This document shows, piece after piece, positions 49,101-61,524 of a stretch of 64,000 nt of DNA (position 1 is its first letter; every line of letters starts with the position of its first letter). Both the position numbers and the translations under genes were made by a program. The notes under the pieces are model-generated. The model made no database searches. It was given only the letters and a program-made list of their open reading frames with translations, and was not told where the DNA came from. This DNA comes from Stegostoma tigrinum (lineage: Eukaryota): positions 43,543,404 through 43,607,403 of the forward strand of contig NC_081379.1 of assembly GCF_030684315.1 (NCBI RefSeq), in the 5' to 3' direction.

Positions 49101-50130
49101 CCTTTCATTCACTGCACTTCTTATTTTCGTTATTAAATAATTGCCCGTTCCTCAATTATTTCCCCCAGTTTAACCCTGTATTGTTCTTCGTCTATTAAAC
49201 AACTGCGCAATTATAAGATACGTTCAAACCCTCTGCTGGAATGCACTGCCCAGCTTTGGAATCTAGCATTTAGCGTTCAGTTACAAATGCCGCCATCGTT
49301 TTCTTGACTCCATGGTCCAATCGACATATGTCCTCGATTGAACCTCATTGGGCACCTAAAGTGGTTGGGTGAGCTCGGTTGGCTGGATAGGTTGGTTTGT
49401 GATGCAACTTGGCGCGGACTCAATTTCCGCACCAACTGCGATTGCCATGGAGTTCCCGTCTTCTCTGGCACCTTGCCTGTCGCGTGATGATCCTCAGGTT
49501 TCATTATAACAATCAGGTTATTCCAGTCAATTAGTTTGACTCCAGCACCACTTTGTTTTTAATTTTATTTTGATTATCTCTCTGCCTCACTAAATCGGAT
49601 TAGAGGTCATACCTTTGCCGGTTATCCAGCTGTTGACACTTTACTCGCTGTCTGACTCTCTTGGTCACCTGCAGAAATTTATTATCGGACAATCCACTCA
49701 CACCAGTTGAATGATCTTTTCATCTCTCTGACCTTGATCCCTCTGCCTATAAACTCCGTCTGTGTGCTCCACTCTCTCACTGCACCTGACAAAGGGGTTG
49801 CGCTCTGAAAGCTTGTTAAAATCACAAAAATAAAGGTGTCACATCATAATCGGGTGTAGTGCGATTTCTGACGTCGACCCTCAAATTAAATGTCGAGCGA
49901 ACTTTTCCCTTGAGAGGGCAAACTCTGAGAACACCACTTGCAGGACTCTGGTTCCAACTCCTTTGCCTTGTGAAGCATTTTATGAGCACTGAGCCTCTCA
50001 ACAATTTTCGTTTGACAAACAAAATATATTTTATTCCTGTAAACTGCAGGAAATAAACTCCTAGTTTGTCAAGCAGCAAATCTAGTAAACAAGAAGGAAT
50101 TGGAGCAAACACGGCCTTCTTTAAGTAAGA

Positions 50131-50327
50131 ACATAGAACATTGAAAAGCACAGCACAGTACAGGCCCTTCGGCCCACGATGTTGTGCCGTGGAATAATCC
50201 TAATCCAAAAATAAAATAACCTAGCCTACATTCCCCTCAATTCACTGCTGTCCATGTGCATGTCCAGCAGTCGCTTAAATGTCACTAATGACTCTGCTTC
50301 CACGACTACCACTGGTAAACTATTCCA
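50131..50327 (-). mobile_element. CR1 3' end fragment
   Basis: acatagaaca tail followed by caggcccttcggcccacgatgttgtgc; minus translation WNSLPVVVVEAESLVTFKRLLDMHM. Confidence 0.8.
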
Positions 50328-50354
50328 GTGTAAGGAGACACAATGTGCAGACAG

Positions 50355-51602
50355 AGATAATGGGAACTGCAGATGCTGGAGATTCCAAGATAATAAAATG
50401 TGAGGCTGGATGAACACAGCAGGCCAAGCAGCATCTCAGGAGCACAAAAGCTGACGTTTCGGGCCTAGACCCTTCATCAGAGAGGGGGATGGGGGGAGGG
50501 AACTGGAATAAATAGGGAGAGAGGGGGAGGCGGACCGAAGATGGAGAGTAAAGAAGATAGGTGGAGAGGGTGTAGGTGGGGAGGCAGGGAGGGGATAGGT
50601 CAGTCCAGGGAAGACGGACAGGTCAAGGAGGTGGGATGAGGTTAGTAGGTAGCTGGGGGTGCGGCTTGGGGTGGGAGGAAGGGATGGGTGAGAGGAAGAA
50701 CCGGTTAGGGAGGCAGAGACAGGTTGGACTGGTTTTGGGATGCAGTGGGTAGAGGGGAAGAGCTGGGCTGGTTGTGTGGTGCAGTGGGGGGAGGGGATGA
50801 ACTGGGCTGGTTGAGGGATGCAGTGGGGGAAGGGGAGATTTTGAAACTGGTGAAGTCCACATTGATACCATATGGCTGCAGGGTTCCCAGGCGGAATATG
50901 AGTTGCTGTTCCTGCAACCTTCGGGTGGCATCATTGTGGCAGTGCAGGAGGCCCATGATGGACATGTCATCAAGAGAATGGGAGGGGGAGTGGAAATGGT
51001 TTGCGACTGGGAGGTGCAGTTGTTTGTTTGTCCATCATGGGCCTCCTGCACTGCCACAATGATGCCACCCGAAGGTTGCAGGAACAGCAACTCATATTCC
51101 GCCTGGGAACCCTGCAGCCATATGGTATCAATGTGGACTTCACCAGTTTCAAAATCTCCCCTTCCCCCACTGCATCCCTCAACCAGCCCAGTTCATCCCC
51201 TCCCCCCACTGCACCACACAACCAGCCCAGCTCTTCCCCTCTACCCACTGCATCCCAAAACCAGTCCAACCTGTCTCTGCCTCCCTAACCGGTTCTTCCT
51301 CTCACCCATCCCTTCCTCCCACCCCAAGCCGCACCCCCAGCTACCTACTAACCTCATCCCACCTCCTTGACCTGTCCGTCTTCCCTGGACTGACCTATCC
51401 CCTCCCTACCTCCCCACCTACACCCTCTCCACCTATCTTCTTTACTCTCCATCTTCGGTCCGCCTCCCCCTCTCTCCCTATTTATTCCAGTTCCCTCCCC
51501 CCATCCCCCTCTCTGATGAAGGGTCTAGGCCCGAAACGTCAGCTTTTGTGCTCCTGAGATGCTGCTTGGCCTGCTGTGTTCATCCAGCCTCACATTTTAT
51601 TA
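50355..51602. mobile_element. Penelope-like element with long inverted arms (574-bp inverted repeat)
   Basis: Arms 50391-50964 and 51029-51602, 64-bp spacer; TSD ACAATGTGCAGACAG at 50340-50354 and 51602-51616. Confidence 0.93.
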
Positions 51603-52115
51603 CAATGTGCAGACAGTTCTCCAACTGTGACATTAATAATGTTTTATATAATTGTAGCGAAAATTCTTAAGTCTGAAACTCAAATTCCTTGCCAATAAAA
51701 GTTTACACACCATTTGCCTTCCGAATTGCTCGCTATGCCTGCATGCTCATTTACTCTCATTCGTTTATAAAGGCACCCACAGCTATCTGAATGGAAAGAT
51801 CTCCAGATTTTCAACATCATTTCTCCAATCAATGTGAATAGCATCACATTTAGTCATAATATCTTCTATGGGTCATGTCCTTGCCCAAATCTCAAAGCCT
51901 TCCATCTCTCTCCTGCAGCTTCTTTGTATCCTTCTCACAGATTGCTTTCTACCTGACTTTAATCACTCTAACACTTGGCTGCATCGTGCTACTCAGCCTC
52001 CTCATTTAAGTTATTTTTTAAAAAAATAGATAATGTACAGGCACAAGTATTGATTCCTGTGACATGCTGCTAGTTAAAGCCCGTCAACCAGTAAACAACC
52101 TTTTCATTATTCATT

Positions 52116-52341
52116 GATAATGGGAACTGCAGATGCTGGAGAATCCAAGATAACAAAGTGTGGAGCTGGATGAACACAGCAGGCCAAGCAGCATCTCAGG
52201 AGCACAAAAGCTGACGTTTCGGGCCTGGACCCTTCATCAGAAAAGGGGGATGATGAAGGGTCTAGGCCCGAAACGTCAGCTTTTGTGCTCCTGAGATGCT
52301 GCTTGGCCTGCTGTGTTCATCCAGCTCCACACTTTATTATC
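52116..52341. mobile_element. Inverted pair of PLE termini
   Basis: Two opposed hammerhead-bearing arms; TSD CTTTTCATT(A/G)TTCAT at 52100-52114 and 52341-52355. Confidence 0.88.
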
Positions 52342-52869
52342 TTTTCATTGTTCATGCCTGTTTCAATGCCTAGTAACCAATTTCATTGTGACCAAGCCAA
52401 TGAGCACTGATTTAGTGTTTTAAACTTCTCTGTAGCAACAAATTGACCTCGTCATTTTGGAAGTTCTAATAAACCATATCTGTTGGTTCCACTATTTTAG
52501 CACCACAAGAACTGATACTTTTAAGTAACCTGTTCTTGACCTCGTCAATAACAGGGGTCAAGTATTTTTCTTATTGCTGAAGATAGGTTAACAGGCCTGG
52601 AAATCCTTACTTCTTTCAACTTTCTTAAATATCAGGGTTATGCTTTCTACCATCAAATTCTCAGAAATTTGAAGACACAAGGAGTTTCTGGCAACCGAAA
52701 AAGTATGCATTTCTGCAGTTACCATTTTTAATCCCCAAGAGACACGTCGTCATGGATATTTTTCGCTATATTCCTCCTATTTTTGTATTTTTCAATTATG
52801 TCCTTCCGTAATCTCATCTGCTTGTTGGAAAACAACACGCTGTGCCCAATCTCTCTTCAAAATGAAACT

Positions 52870-53760
52870 CTCCAGTCCAGGCAGCATTTTGGTATATGCC
52901 CTCTGCAACGTCTCCAAAATGACCATGACAACAAGGAGCCATCCAAGATGTACGGGGCGGGGGTGCAGAGAACTGTAGTGGTGATTGGGGATCGTACAGG
53001 CAGGGGAATGGCGCTGTCCTCTGTGGCCAGGATGGAAAGTTTTTTTTCTGGCGCCCAGGTTCTGGGTGTTATAGAAACTTGGAGTGTAAGGAGAAAGATC
53101 CAGTTGTCACGGGCGATGTAGATACCAATCATATAGATAGAAAGAGGAAAGGGGTTATGCTGAGGGAATATGAGCAGTTAGGGGCTAAATTAAAAAAGCA
53201 GAACCAAAATGTGACAATCTCCGGATTATTGCTAAGGCAGGAGCAAAGTGCACCGATTCAATTAGAATAAAGATGTAAACACGTGGTCAAAGACTGTGTG
53301 GGAGAAACAGGTTCAAACCCATGGGACACAGGCAACAATACTGGGGAAGGGGGGGGGGTGGTGGGGAGCCATCCATTAGGACAGGCTACACCAGAATCAT
53401 GCTGGGTGGACAGTTCTGGTGAATCACACAACGAGGGCTTTACACTGAACAGTGGCGAGGGCTGGTATAGCTTCAGTTACATGGTTAACGTTACGGGGCG
53501 CGGAGGTCTCTGGAGAGATTATTAATGTTTTTTGAAAATGTAATTGACAGTCAGCATGGAAATGGTCAGGAGTCTAACTTCTGGCACAGCAGATCAGAGA
53601 ACAACTCCGAGAGGGGGCCAGTCATGGCAGGATTGAGGCTCTTGTACTTAAATGAATGCATTATGCAATGCAAAGTAAATTAACTTGCAGTGCAGATTGA
53701 AATCGGCAGCCCTTGTAGGTATCACAGTGTCAGCACATTAGGGATGGGAACTAAATATCC
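52870..53760 (+). mobile_element. Degenerate CR1 ORF1 (SGNH) and ORF2 start fragment
   Basis: RTVVVIGD, DPVV..VDTNHIDR...YEQLGAKLK...VTISGLL parallel the young ORF1; LRLLYLN at about 53634 parallels the ORF2 start. Confidence 0.7.
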
Positions 53761-53814
53761 AACCATATAGATCATAGAACTGTACAACATGGAAACAGAG
53801 CCTTCCCTTTAAGG

Positions 53815-54128
53815 TTATAGCAAAGATTTCTAGCTCGGGTCCTGGGTGTGGTTGTTGACTTGCTTACCGAGCTGGCTTGTTTTCATTCAGACGTTTTGTC
53901 ACCTTGCCAGGTAACATAATCACAATGAAGCCTCCGATGAAGCAATGTTGTTCTACTCCACTTCGAATTTATACTGTCAGGTCCAGTGTGGTGAGTAGTG
54001 TCGTTTCCGGTTTTATTCTGTATGGGTTTGCATTTGGGGTACAATTCTATATGTTTGTTGATTGTGTTATGGGTTGAGAACCATGCCTCCAGGAATTCCT
54101 GTGCGTGTCTATGTTTGTCTTGGGCTAC
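53815..54128 (-). mobile_element. Penelope-like fragment related to the 35020 family
   Basis: Minus translation VAQDKHRHAQEFLEAWFSTHNTINKHIEL; terminal CTCGG...ACCCGAGCTA motif shared with 35650-35690; decayed hammerhead. Confidence 0.75.
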
Positions 54129-54129
54129 T

Positions 54130-55420
54130 CTAGTAAGTTAGAGATGTGTAATTCAGAAAGACTATTGCTCGAAAAAGTGCCAGTATGTGGAATTCATGGT
54201 AAGATGAGAAGTGTAGAGGGAGCTTGGAATGTCCAGTGAGAAGTGGAGAAGTGATGGTAGGAGTACTGGAGAAACCCTTGGCTCCAGGAACACAAATTAC
54301 CCTTGGCAATGGTAGCTAGTGGAAAATCAGGCAACTGAGTTATTATAGGAAATATATCCCAGGAATTTTCCTGACTGTATGTTAATAAGGTCAGAAAGCC
54401 ACCAGTTGAAACAAGAGGAGCAATCAAAGAATACAGATAAAGAAGTTCAAGTAGAATGATCAGAGGCCATGTTTAATTGTACAGTTGAGAAGAAACAAGA
54501 ACAGGTGAAGGACAAAGTGGATATGTTTAGGTCAGAGAAATGAATTGAGTTACAACACAAAGACGAAAAACTGAAGCAATTGTATCAAAAAGCATACATA
54601 GAAGAAGAATCTGAGTGTATTCCTGAATGCTGCTATCTTAAAAATGATGTCTTTATGAGCAAATGCTGGCCATCACATATTCAGACAGATGAGAAATGGG
54701 CAAAAATTCATCGAGTTCTATTTCAAGTGGGTTATAGAAAGAAGATGTTGCAGGTAGCTCATGAATTACTAGTCGGATGTCATTTAGGTGTAAGGAAACC
54801 TCAAGCCAAAATACAAAAACATTTTTACTGGCCTGGACTGCACAAGGGTGTATTGAATTTTTCCAGACATGTCACCTGTCAGGCAATTGGAAAACCACAG
54901 GCATTAATAAAACCAGCGCTTATAATGCTCATTCCTACATTTGAGAAACCTTTTAAAGGGTCTTATTGATTGCATAGGACCCCTACCTGAAACAAAAAGT
55001 GGGAATCAGTATTTGTTGACGATAGTTGGTGTGTCCACTAGATTTCAGAAGGCTATTCCATTGCACACTATCACAGCTAAAAGGATTACGGAAGAGTTAC
55101 TCAAGTTTTTCACTTGATACGGATTGCCTGCAGACATTAAAATCAGATCCAGGGTCAAATTTTACACCAAAATTATTCGGAGAAGTTATGGACAGTTTAG
55201 GAATAAAACAATTCAAATCCATTACATTCCCTCCAGAACCACAAAGAGTGCGAGAAAGGGAGCATTGAACATTAAAGATCGCGTTAAAGGCTTATATTCA
55301 ATACTATCCAGATGATTGGGGTAAAATAATTCTATTTGTACTTTTTTTGCAAATAGGGATGTACCAAATGATCAACCAAATTCAATTGATTTGAATTGGA
55401 TTGCGCAGGAGGTGAGAGGC
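54130..55420 (+). mobile_element. Gypsy (Gmr1-like) LTR-retrotransposon internal fragment: protease remnant followed by integrase
   Basis: AHELLVGCHLGVRK...FYWPGL...CQ (zinc-finger region), IDCIGPLPETKSGNQYLLT and SDPGSNFT (rve core) in shifting frames. Confidence 0.85.
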
Positions 55421-55429
55421 CACTGAACA

Positions 55430-58400
55430 TATTTAAGGTGAAAAACACGAAAAATGAGTGTTGCGTTTGATGCTCGTTCAATCGTTTAATTGAATTGCTG
55501 TGTTGGGCTAGATTCATAATGATTAAGTGCCCAAGATACAATCACATTATTGCTGTTTTTTAATCGACTTGATCGGATGCATAGTTGTAAACGAATAGAA
55601 GCGTTTCAGTTAACACCAATAAGTCCGTTAAAAAAAAACTGGTCACATACAACTGGATCTCGAGATAATTGTCTGAAACGGTTTTGCCCGAGACTCGCGT
55701 TCAACCCCACAGGAGCAAAGCCCACGTGAGTTCCACTGTGTGGCTGACAGGATCAGATGACGACTCACGCTGACCGTGTTGTCCGTCTCCAGCTGGATCC
55801 GGCTGGTCTCTACATCGCGCCCCTTAACACTGCCATCTACCGTCCACTGAATCTCCACAGCGCCCAGGTTGAAACCGCTCACCAAACACGCTGCGGTCGC
55901 CTTATTCTTTTCCGGGATTTGAACCGATGAAGGAGGAAGGAGGGAGACTGATGGTTGCTGCGGGCCTGTTTAAAATAGATTAGGTATAGTTGATTGAGGG
56001 ACTGCGTTTTTTTTAAAGAACAGAAGGCTTCTTTTAAGATAATACAATTTAAATTATGTCTTTCCCTGGAGTACAACAAAAGAGAAGCTTACTTAGTTTT
56101 GCGTGCGTTTCAGTGTGTTATTTAATCTGAGAAATATTGAAGGTAACACACCTGTTGGGTTTTCGTTTTGAAGAAACAAAGTTGAGATTTAAGACGGGCT
56201 ACAGTGATATATTGGGTCTGACCGATTTTACAAAGAACAGAACATGTATCTTTTCTAGTTTCTGAACGGTACCCAAATAACATAAACAAGATATTTGTGC
56301 AAATGTACAGCTGATTATAACACTTTATACAACTCCATAGCTCTACATTGAGATGTCAAGGTACCAGTAATTATTAGAAACAGTATTAGTCATATGAACG
56401 CATGAATGTATGTTAAATTTGTTCTGATGTGTTCCCATGTGAAAAAATTGTGATCACTTTTATTACAAGTGGAACTTCGATTCGAGGTATATTGTTGTAA
56501 ATAGCTGTAGAAATTAATGAAGCGGCTTCCTATTGAAAGAAAATAGTGCAACAATTAAAATGTGCTATTTGCCGTCCATTTAGTGAAACCGTGTAAAATT
56601 TCAGGAAATAGATTGTTTTACAGGCATTTGTATTTATTAGAAGGATTTCTCTTAACAGTGGAACACAATTTTCATTTTAAAAAACTGATTTCAGACTGTG
56701 ATTTCTGCAGGATGTCTAATGGCTAAACTGCCTAACTTCCTTGCCTTCTACAGTTCGTCACTGAACCTTTGAACCATTGCTCTCAACAGGACCATCTTCT
56801 ACCTCTAATGGTTGTCCCTTGCTCATCAAGATCTGGAATTTCAACCCCTTTCGAGTTGTTGCAGCAGACTACAACGGTCTCAGCTACGCGCTGAAAGGAC
56901 TGTTTAAGGAAAGATGTTCTTGCAATGCAGTTGGTACAGTGAAGGGTCGTTTATAATTCCTGAGGTCACAGGGTTGACTTATAAAATGAGCTTGAGTACA
57001 TTGCGTCCGTATTTTCTGGAGTTCTACTGAACGAAAGTCCATCTCATTGAAACATAATATATTTTGAAGGGCCTTGAACTGCAAGACACTGCAAAAACGA
57101 ATTAAAAATCAGGCGTAAAAGTCTTACTTAAAAGTGAAACAAGTAACGTTATTTTGTCATCAAAACCCCCTTGAAAAACAATGCAGATTAAATAACTACA
57201 AAGCTTTTGCAACGGTGTTGTGCTGATTTGTCATATTTTTGAGAAAAAACAAACCCTAACGACTTCACTGATTACACGCATGCTAAGTATAGATTCGTTG
57301 GACAATTCACAATGACTGCAGTTTATATGCAACACGATCAACAGACATGAACTGTAAATAAATAAGGCAACACGAAGTGGCGGGGTGGGGGGTGGGGGGG
57401 GGGGGGGGGGAGAGAATCCTGTTGCCTGTAGCCGTGGACGGTTTCCGCAAGATGGACGGGGTGAGTGGATGTAAAGACCTGAAGCCTATTTGCATTTTCC
57501 CCGCGCCCATGATCTGCCATCTCCGGCCCCGCAGGCCACGCTCAACTGCAGATAATTCGGTGCTAGGTACCTGCGGGACTGAAGTTGCTGCGGCTGTTAA
57601 GTTCAGTGACTGACTCATATAAGTACACCCATTTTACACTGGCTGGCATAGCAAACACAGGCAGTCTTGTCTGTACAGGCTGAATGCAATATTATGGCTC
57701 AAGAGGATCGAAATTCCAGTAGCGTAGGAAAGACATACGATAAGATTCTCGTCTCAAAATATTTAACTCTTTTTGGGTCAAATTACAATTTTCCCAATTT
57801 ATCTGTTAATTTCTGCAAGTAGGTTATCATTGTCTCATTCGCAAAATATGTGCACCTGCCGCTGTAACTTCCTAACACGAATCTGGCATATCCCATGTGT
57901 TAGTGAATGTTGTGAAAATTGTACTTGCAAACTCGCACGTGCCCCCCGGCTGTTTTTGACAGCTGCGGCAAACCTTCTTCTACTGGACCCATGGCATCAG
58001 ACTCACAGGTATCTTGCTCAGAGTGAGACAGCCATGGAGATGAAGAGGCAGAGTTTCGACCATCACAGACTCTCGTTTCTTCAACAGACTGCAAGTTTGA
58101 GGTGAGCACAAGATTTACCGCACCGCTACCTCCGCACTAACACATAGAGTGCGCCCCCTTCTGTTCCATTCCATGGTGCCTGCCTTTTTCGTCAACAGTT
58201 ACCACATCACGTTTCAAACCGCTTGATGAATACATGGGCCTGATATTAAAGCTCTTCCACTTCGGTCTATTGGTTCAAACAAAAACCCAGCAGGGGATAA
58301 ATCTTCTCGTTAATTTTACATTTCTTCTCCAGTTGACCCTTTGTAAGTATGCATAGATTCCAACTCAGCTGTTTGGCGTCAGGTCAGCACTTGGGCCTCA

Positions 58401-59770
58401 GCGATTTCTATACTATATTAATGACCAAATACAGCGAAAGAGAGTAATGTGTCCCCAAGATTGCTGATGATAATACCTAAATGGTAACGCAGACTGTAAA
58501 GAGAAGGAAGACACAAACAGAAACCCAAAAGTACAATATGGACAAATGTGAAGTATCCACTTGTTAACATTAATAGCAAAGCAGAATATTTATAACCACT
58601 GTGAAACATCGATATATTGATGTCCAGAGAGGCTTTGGTGTAATAGAGGAATACATACAGTTAGCAGACAGGCACAGGAAACAATTTGCTAAGTAAACTG
58701 ATTACAGATTAAGAATAAATCAATCTCAATCCAATTCTGAGTGGCTTGGGGGAGGGATGCGGGGTGATGATTCCTGCACACTTGAAATATGGTGCACAGT
58801 TTAGGCTTCATATTTAAGGAAGGATATACTTGCATTGCAGTTGATGCAGGGAAGTGTCATTTGATAATTTCCGGGGGCTGTCCTGTAATGTGAGCCTGAG
58901 TATATTGCGACCATATTCCCTCGAGTTCTATAGAATGAAAATCACTCTCGATGTAACATAGAATCTTCTGAATGGCGTTGAGCGTCCAGACACTGAAATG
59001 GCGAAGTGCCTCGCCCTTCAAAGTGAAACAAGTGACTTAATTTGTCGTCAAAATCTCCGTGAAAAGAATGAAGATTAAATCGCTACCAAGCATTTGCAAG
59101 AAAATGTGCTGATTTGCTGCATTTGAAAATATTAAACTTGTACTACTTCATTGATTGTTTTCACATTAGTATAGAATTGTGGATAAATGACAAATGATAA
59201 CAGTTTATGTGCAACAGGAGTGGCATTATATTCTAACATGTAGGAAAGCTCTCAGAATCCAGTCTGGGATGTGGGACTGTGGTTTCAGTACCTCTGCATT
59301 GGGAATTCACACCCCAGCTGTGTGAATACAGTCAAGTGAAGAGCGCGCTGTCGGCTAAAGCTCTGCTCGTTGTTTTCCAGCTAATCGAAAGAACAAAACA
59401 AACCTGCGGGAATATTCACAGTGAACCTTCAGAACAAGTCGCTGGCCCGATTAGAAGTGAGATGACCTGAACTCACGCTGGCGCCCCGGAATTGGATGAA
59501 TGCTTCGCTTGACTCAAAATAGAATTCAAAAGCCACCAATTCCATGTCAACCCGCCAAAATCCCAGCCAATCGGAGTCCTCTTGGTATTTCACTTCAGTT
59601 GCAAGGAGCTCTGAATGTGCAGCGCTGTGTGAAGTCACGTGAGAGACGCCTCTTGGGAACGGGGGTGGGAACAGCTACTTGCCACTCGGTTACTGGTGAC
59701 CAATTACCAAACCGATGTGTTTAAAAGTCTTGGATTCAGTTCCAAGCTTCTAAACAAAAGCCAGCAAATG
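55430..59770. repeat. Rearranged segmental duplicate of 37220-48900
   Basis: 55430-56475 ~ 37220-38340; 56476-56810 ~ 43387-43745; 57080-58180 ~ 46300-47345; 58225-59000 ~ 44180-44450 plus 45610-46300; 59290-59770 ~ 48440-48900 (approximate, by eye). Confidence 0.85.
55643..55965 (-). pseudogene. Orphan Ig light-chain constant exon (duplicate of 37550-37872)
   Basis: PQQPSVSLLPPSSVQIPEKNKATAACLVSGFNLGAVEIQWTVDG...QTIISRSSCM-stop. The frame is open but conserved sites are substituted (SSYL to SRHL, YSC to CSC, HE to RE), and there is no VJ upstream within the window. Confidence 0.85.
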
Positions 59771-61002
59771 CCACCTACATTCCTCACCCCACCCCAGCCC
59801 CCAACCGGGTAAGTACCCACTCCCAAACCGTGCCGTCGGAGACAACAAAATGAATTAAAAACCTTGATGGCTGCTCACATTTTATTAAATATAAACATTT
59901 AAACATGAACATTTAAACTTTCAACTCATAAGTATAGAATCAGTGAATTATATCATACTGAGGAGACCATTCAGCCCTTCAAGTTTCTACCGCCATGTTT
60001 GGAGTCTGTTGAAAACAGACCAGAGATTCATATACAAACCCTGTCAAAATGCCATTGTGTATGAGTGATACTATTGAACACGTCAGCAGGAGTTCTTGTG
60101 TGCAGTGAAACTGTCGTAGACTTGTAGAATCCCAACATTGCAGAAAGAGACCATTTCGCTCATCGAATCTACATCCACCTTCAGAAGAGCACCCACCCAA
60201 ACCAGACTAGAGAAGATAGTGGGGTGCTTATGTAAGAAATGAAGCAAAGAAGCACTTTTCAGTGGAAGAGTTATTATTATTCACTCTTCAACACTTTGAA
60301 GTCCATGCCAATCCCTTTTGCAGAAAAAGAAACATTAAAATGCAGTGACTATTATCGCTTAGCTTTTATAGAGAAAGCTAAGACTCAAAGGTCCAGATGT
60401 TTCTGATAGATCTCATTAACTCATGCACTTAATGCACAGAAAAAGTCACATTGCTGGAAAGATCGCATGCCTGATAATATGAATTATTAAAAATGTGTTT
60501 ATCCTTGAACAGTTTGAGAATTTACAGGAAAATGACAAAACATGTTTGAATCGTGAATAAGGAATGAGTGAGAGTAGGTAAATATGATTTTCTGGTGTTC
60601 TGTTTTATAGTTCGTATTTGCTTGATGATGAAATACATTTAACAACGATGGTTCATTTCAATGGCGGAGGCATGTAAGGATCCACATCGTTTTCCGTTTT
60701 GCACCATGTACTGGAATTGAAGTCAGGCTCTGTTTAATAACTGACTAACAAAAAAGAACTTCGCAATTGGAAAAGCCAGCTGGTGCACGCTGTTTTGTTT
60801 TGGCTGTGCAAGATAATGTCGCTATTGGACCTGGAGATTATGGCATTATTGCTCTAGGGTAACACAGGAGATTTTTGATCTATGGTATGACTCACTGATG
60901 ACATTACTTGGATTGACTGAGCTGCAGTTTACTCCATACGGATTGGATCAGCCATACGAGAATCATCCAAAGCGAACGAGCAGAAAACACAGTGAAGCGA
61001 TT

Positions 61003-61217
61003 AGAGATAATGGGAACTGCAGATGCTGGAGAATCCAAGATAATAAAGTGTGTAGCTGGATGAACACAGCAGGCCCAGCAGCATCTCAGGAGCACAAAAG
61101 CTGACGTTTCGGGCCTAGAGTCTCTGATGAAGGGTCTAGGCCAGAAACATCAGCTTTTGTGGTCCTGAGATACTGCTTGGCCTGCTGTGTTCATCCAGCT
61201 TCACACTTTGTTATCTT
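61003..61217. mobile_element. Inverted pair of PLE termini inserted at the tail of a SINE
   Basis: TSD AGTGAAGCGATTAGA at 60991-61005 and 61220-61234; hammerhead core at 61124. Confidence 0.88.
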
Positions 61218-61228
61218 AAAGTGAAGCG

Positions 61229-61524
61229 ATTAGATTTCCTACAGTGTGGAAACAGGCCCTTCGGCCCCACAAGTCCACACAGCCCCTTAAAGCATCCCAG
61301 CCAGACCCATCCCCCTATAACCCACAAACACCACAGGCAATTTAGCATGGCCAATCCACCTAGCCTGCACATTTTTGGACTGTGGGAGGATACCGGAGCA
61401 AACCCACGCGGACACGGGGAGAATGTGCAAACTCCACACGGACAGTCGCCTGAGGTGGGAATCGAACCCGGGTCCCTAGCGCTGTGAGGCTGCAGTGCTA
61501 ACCACTGAGCCACCGTGCCGCCCA
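61229..61524 (-). mobile_element. tRNA-derived SINE (shark type)
   Basis: Head GGGCGGCACGGTGGCTCAGTGGTTAGCACTGCAGCCTCACAGCGCTAGGGACCCGGGTTCGATTCC. Confidence 0.85.
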
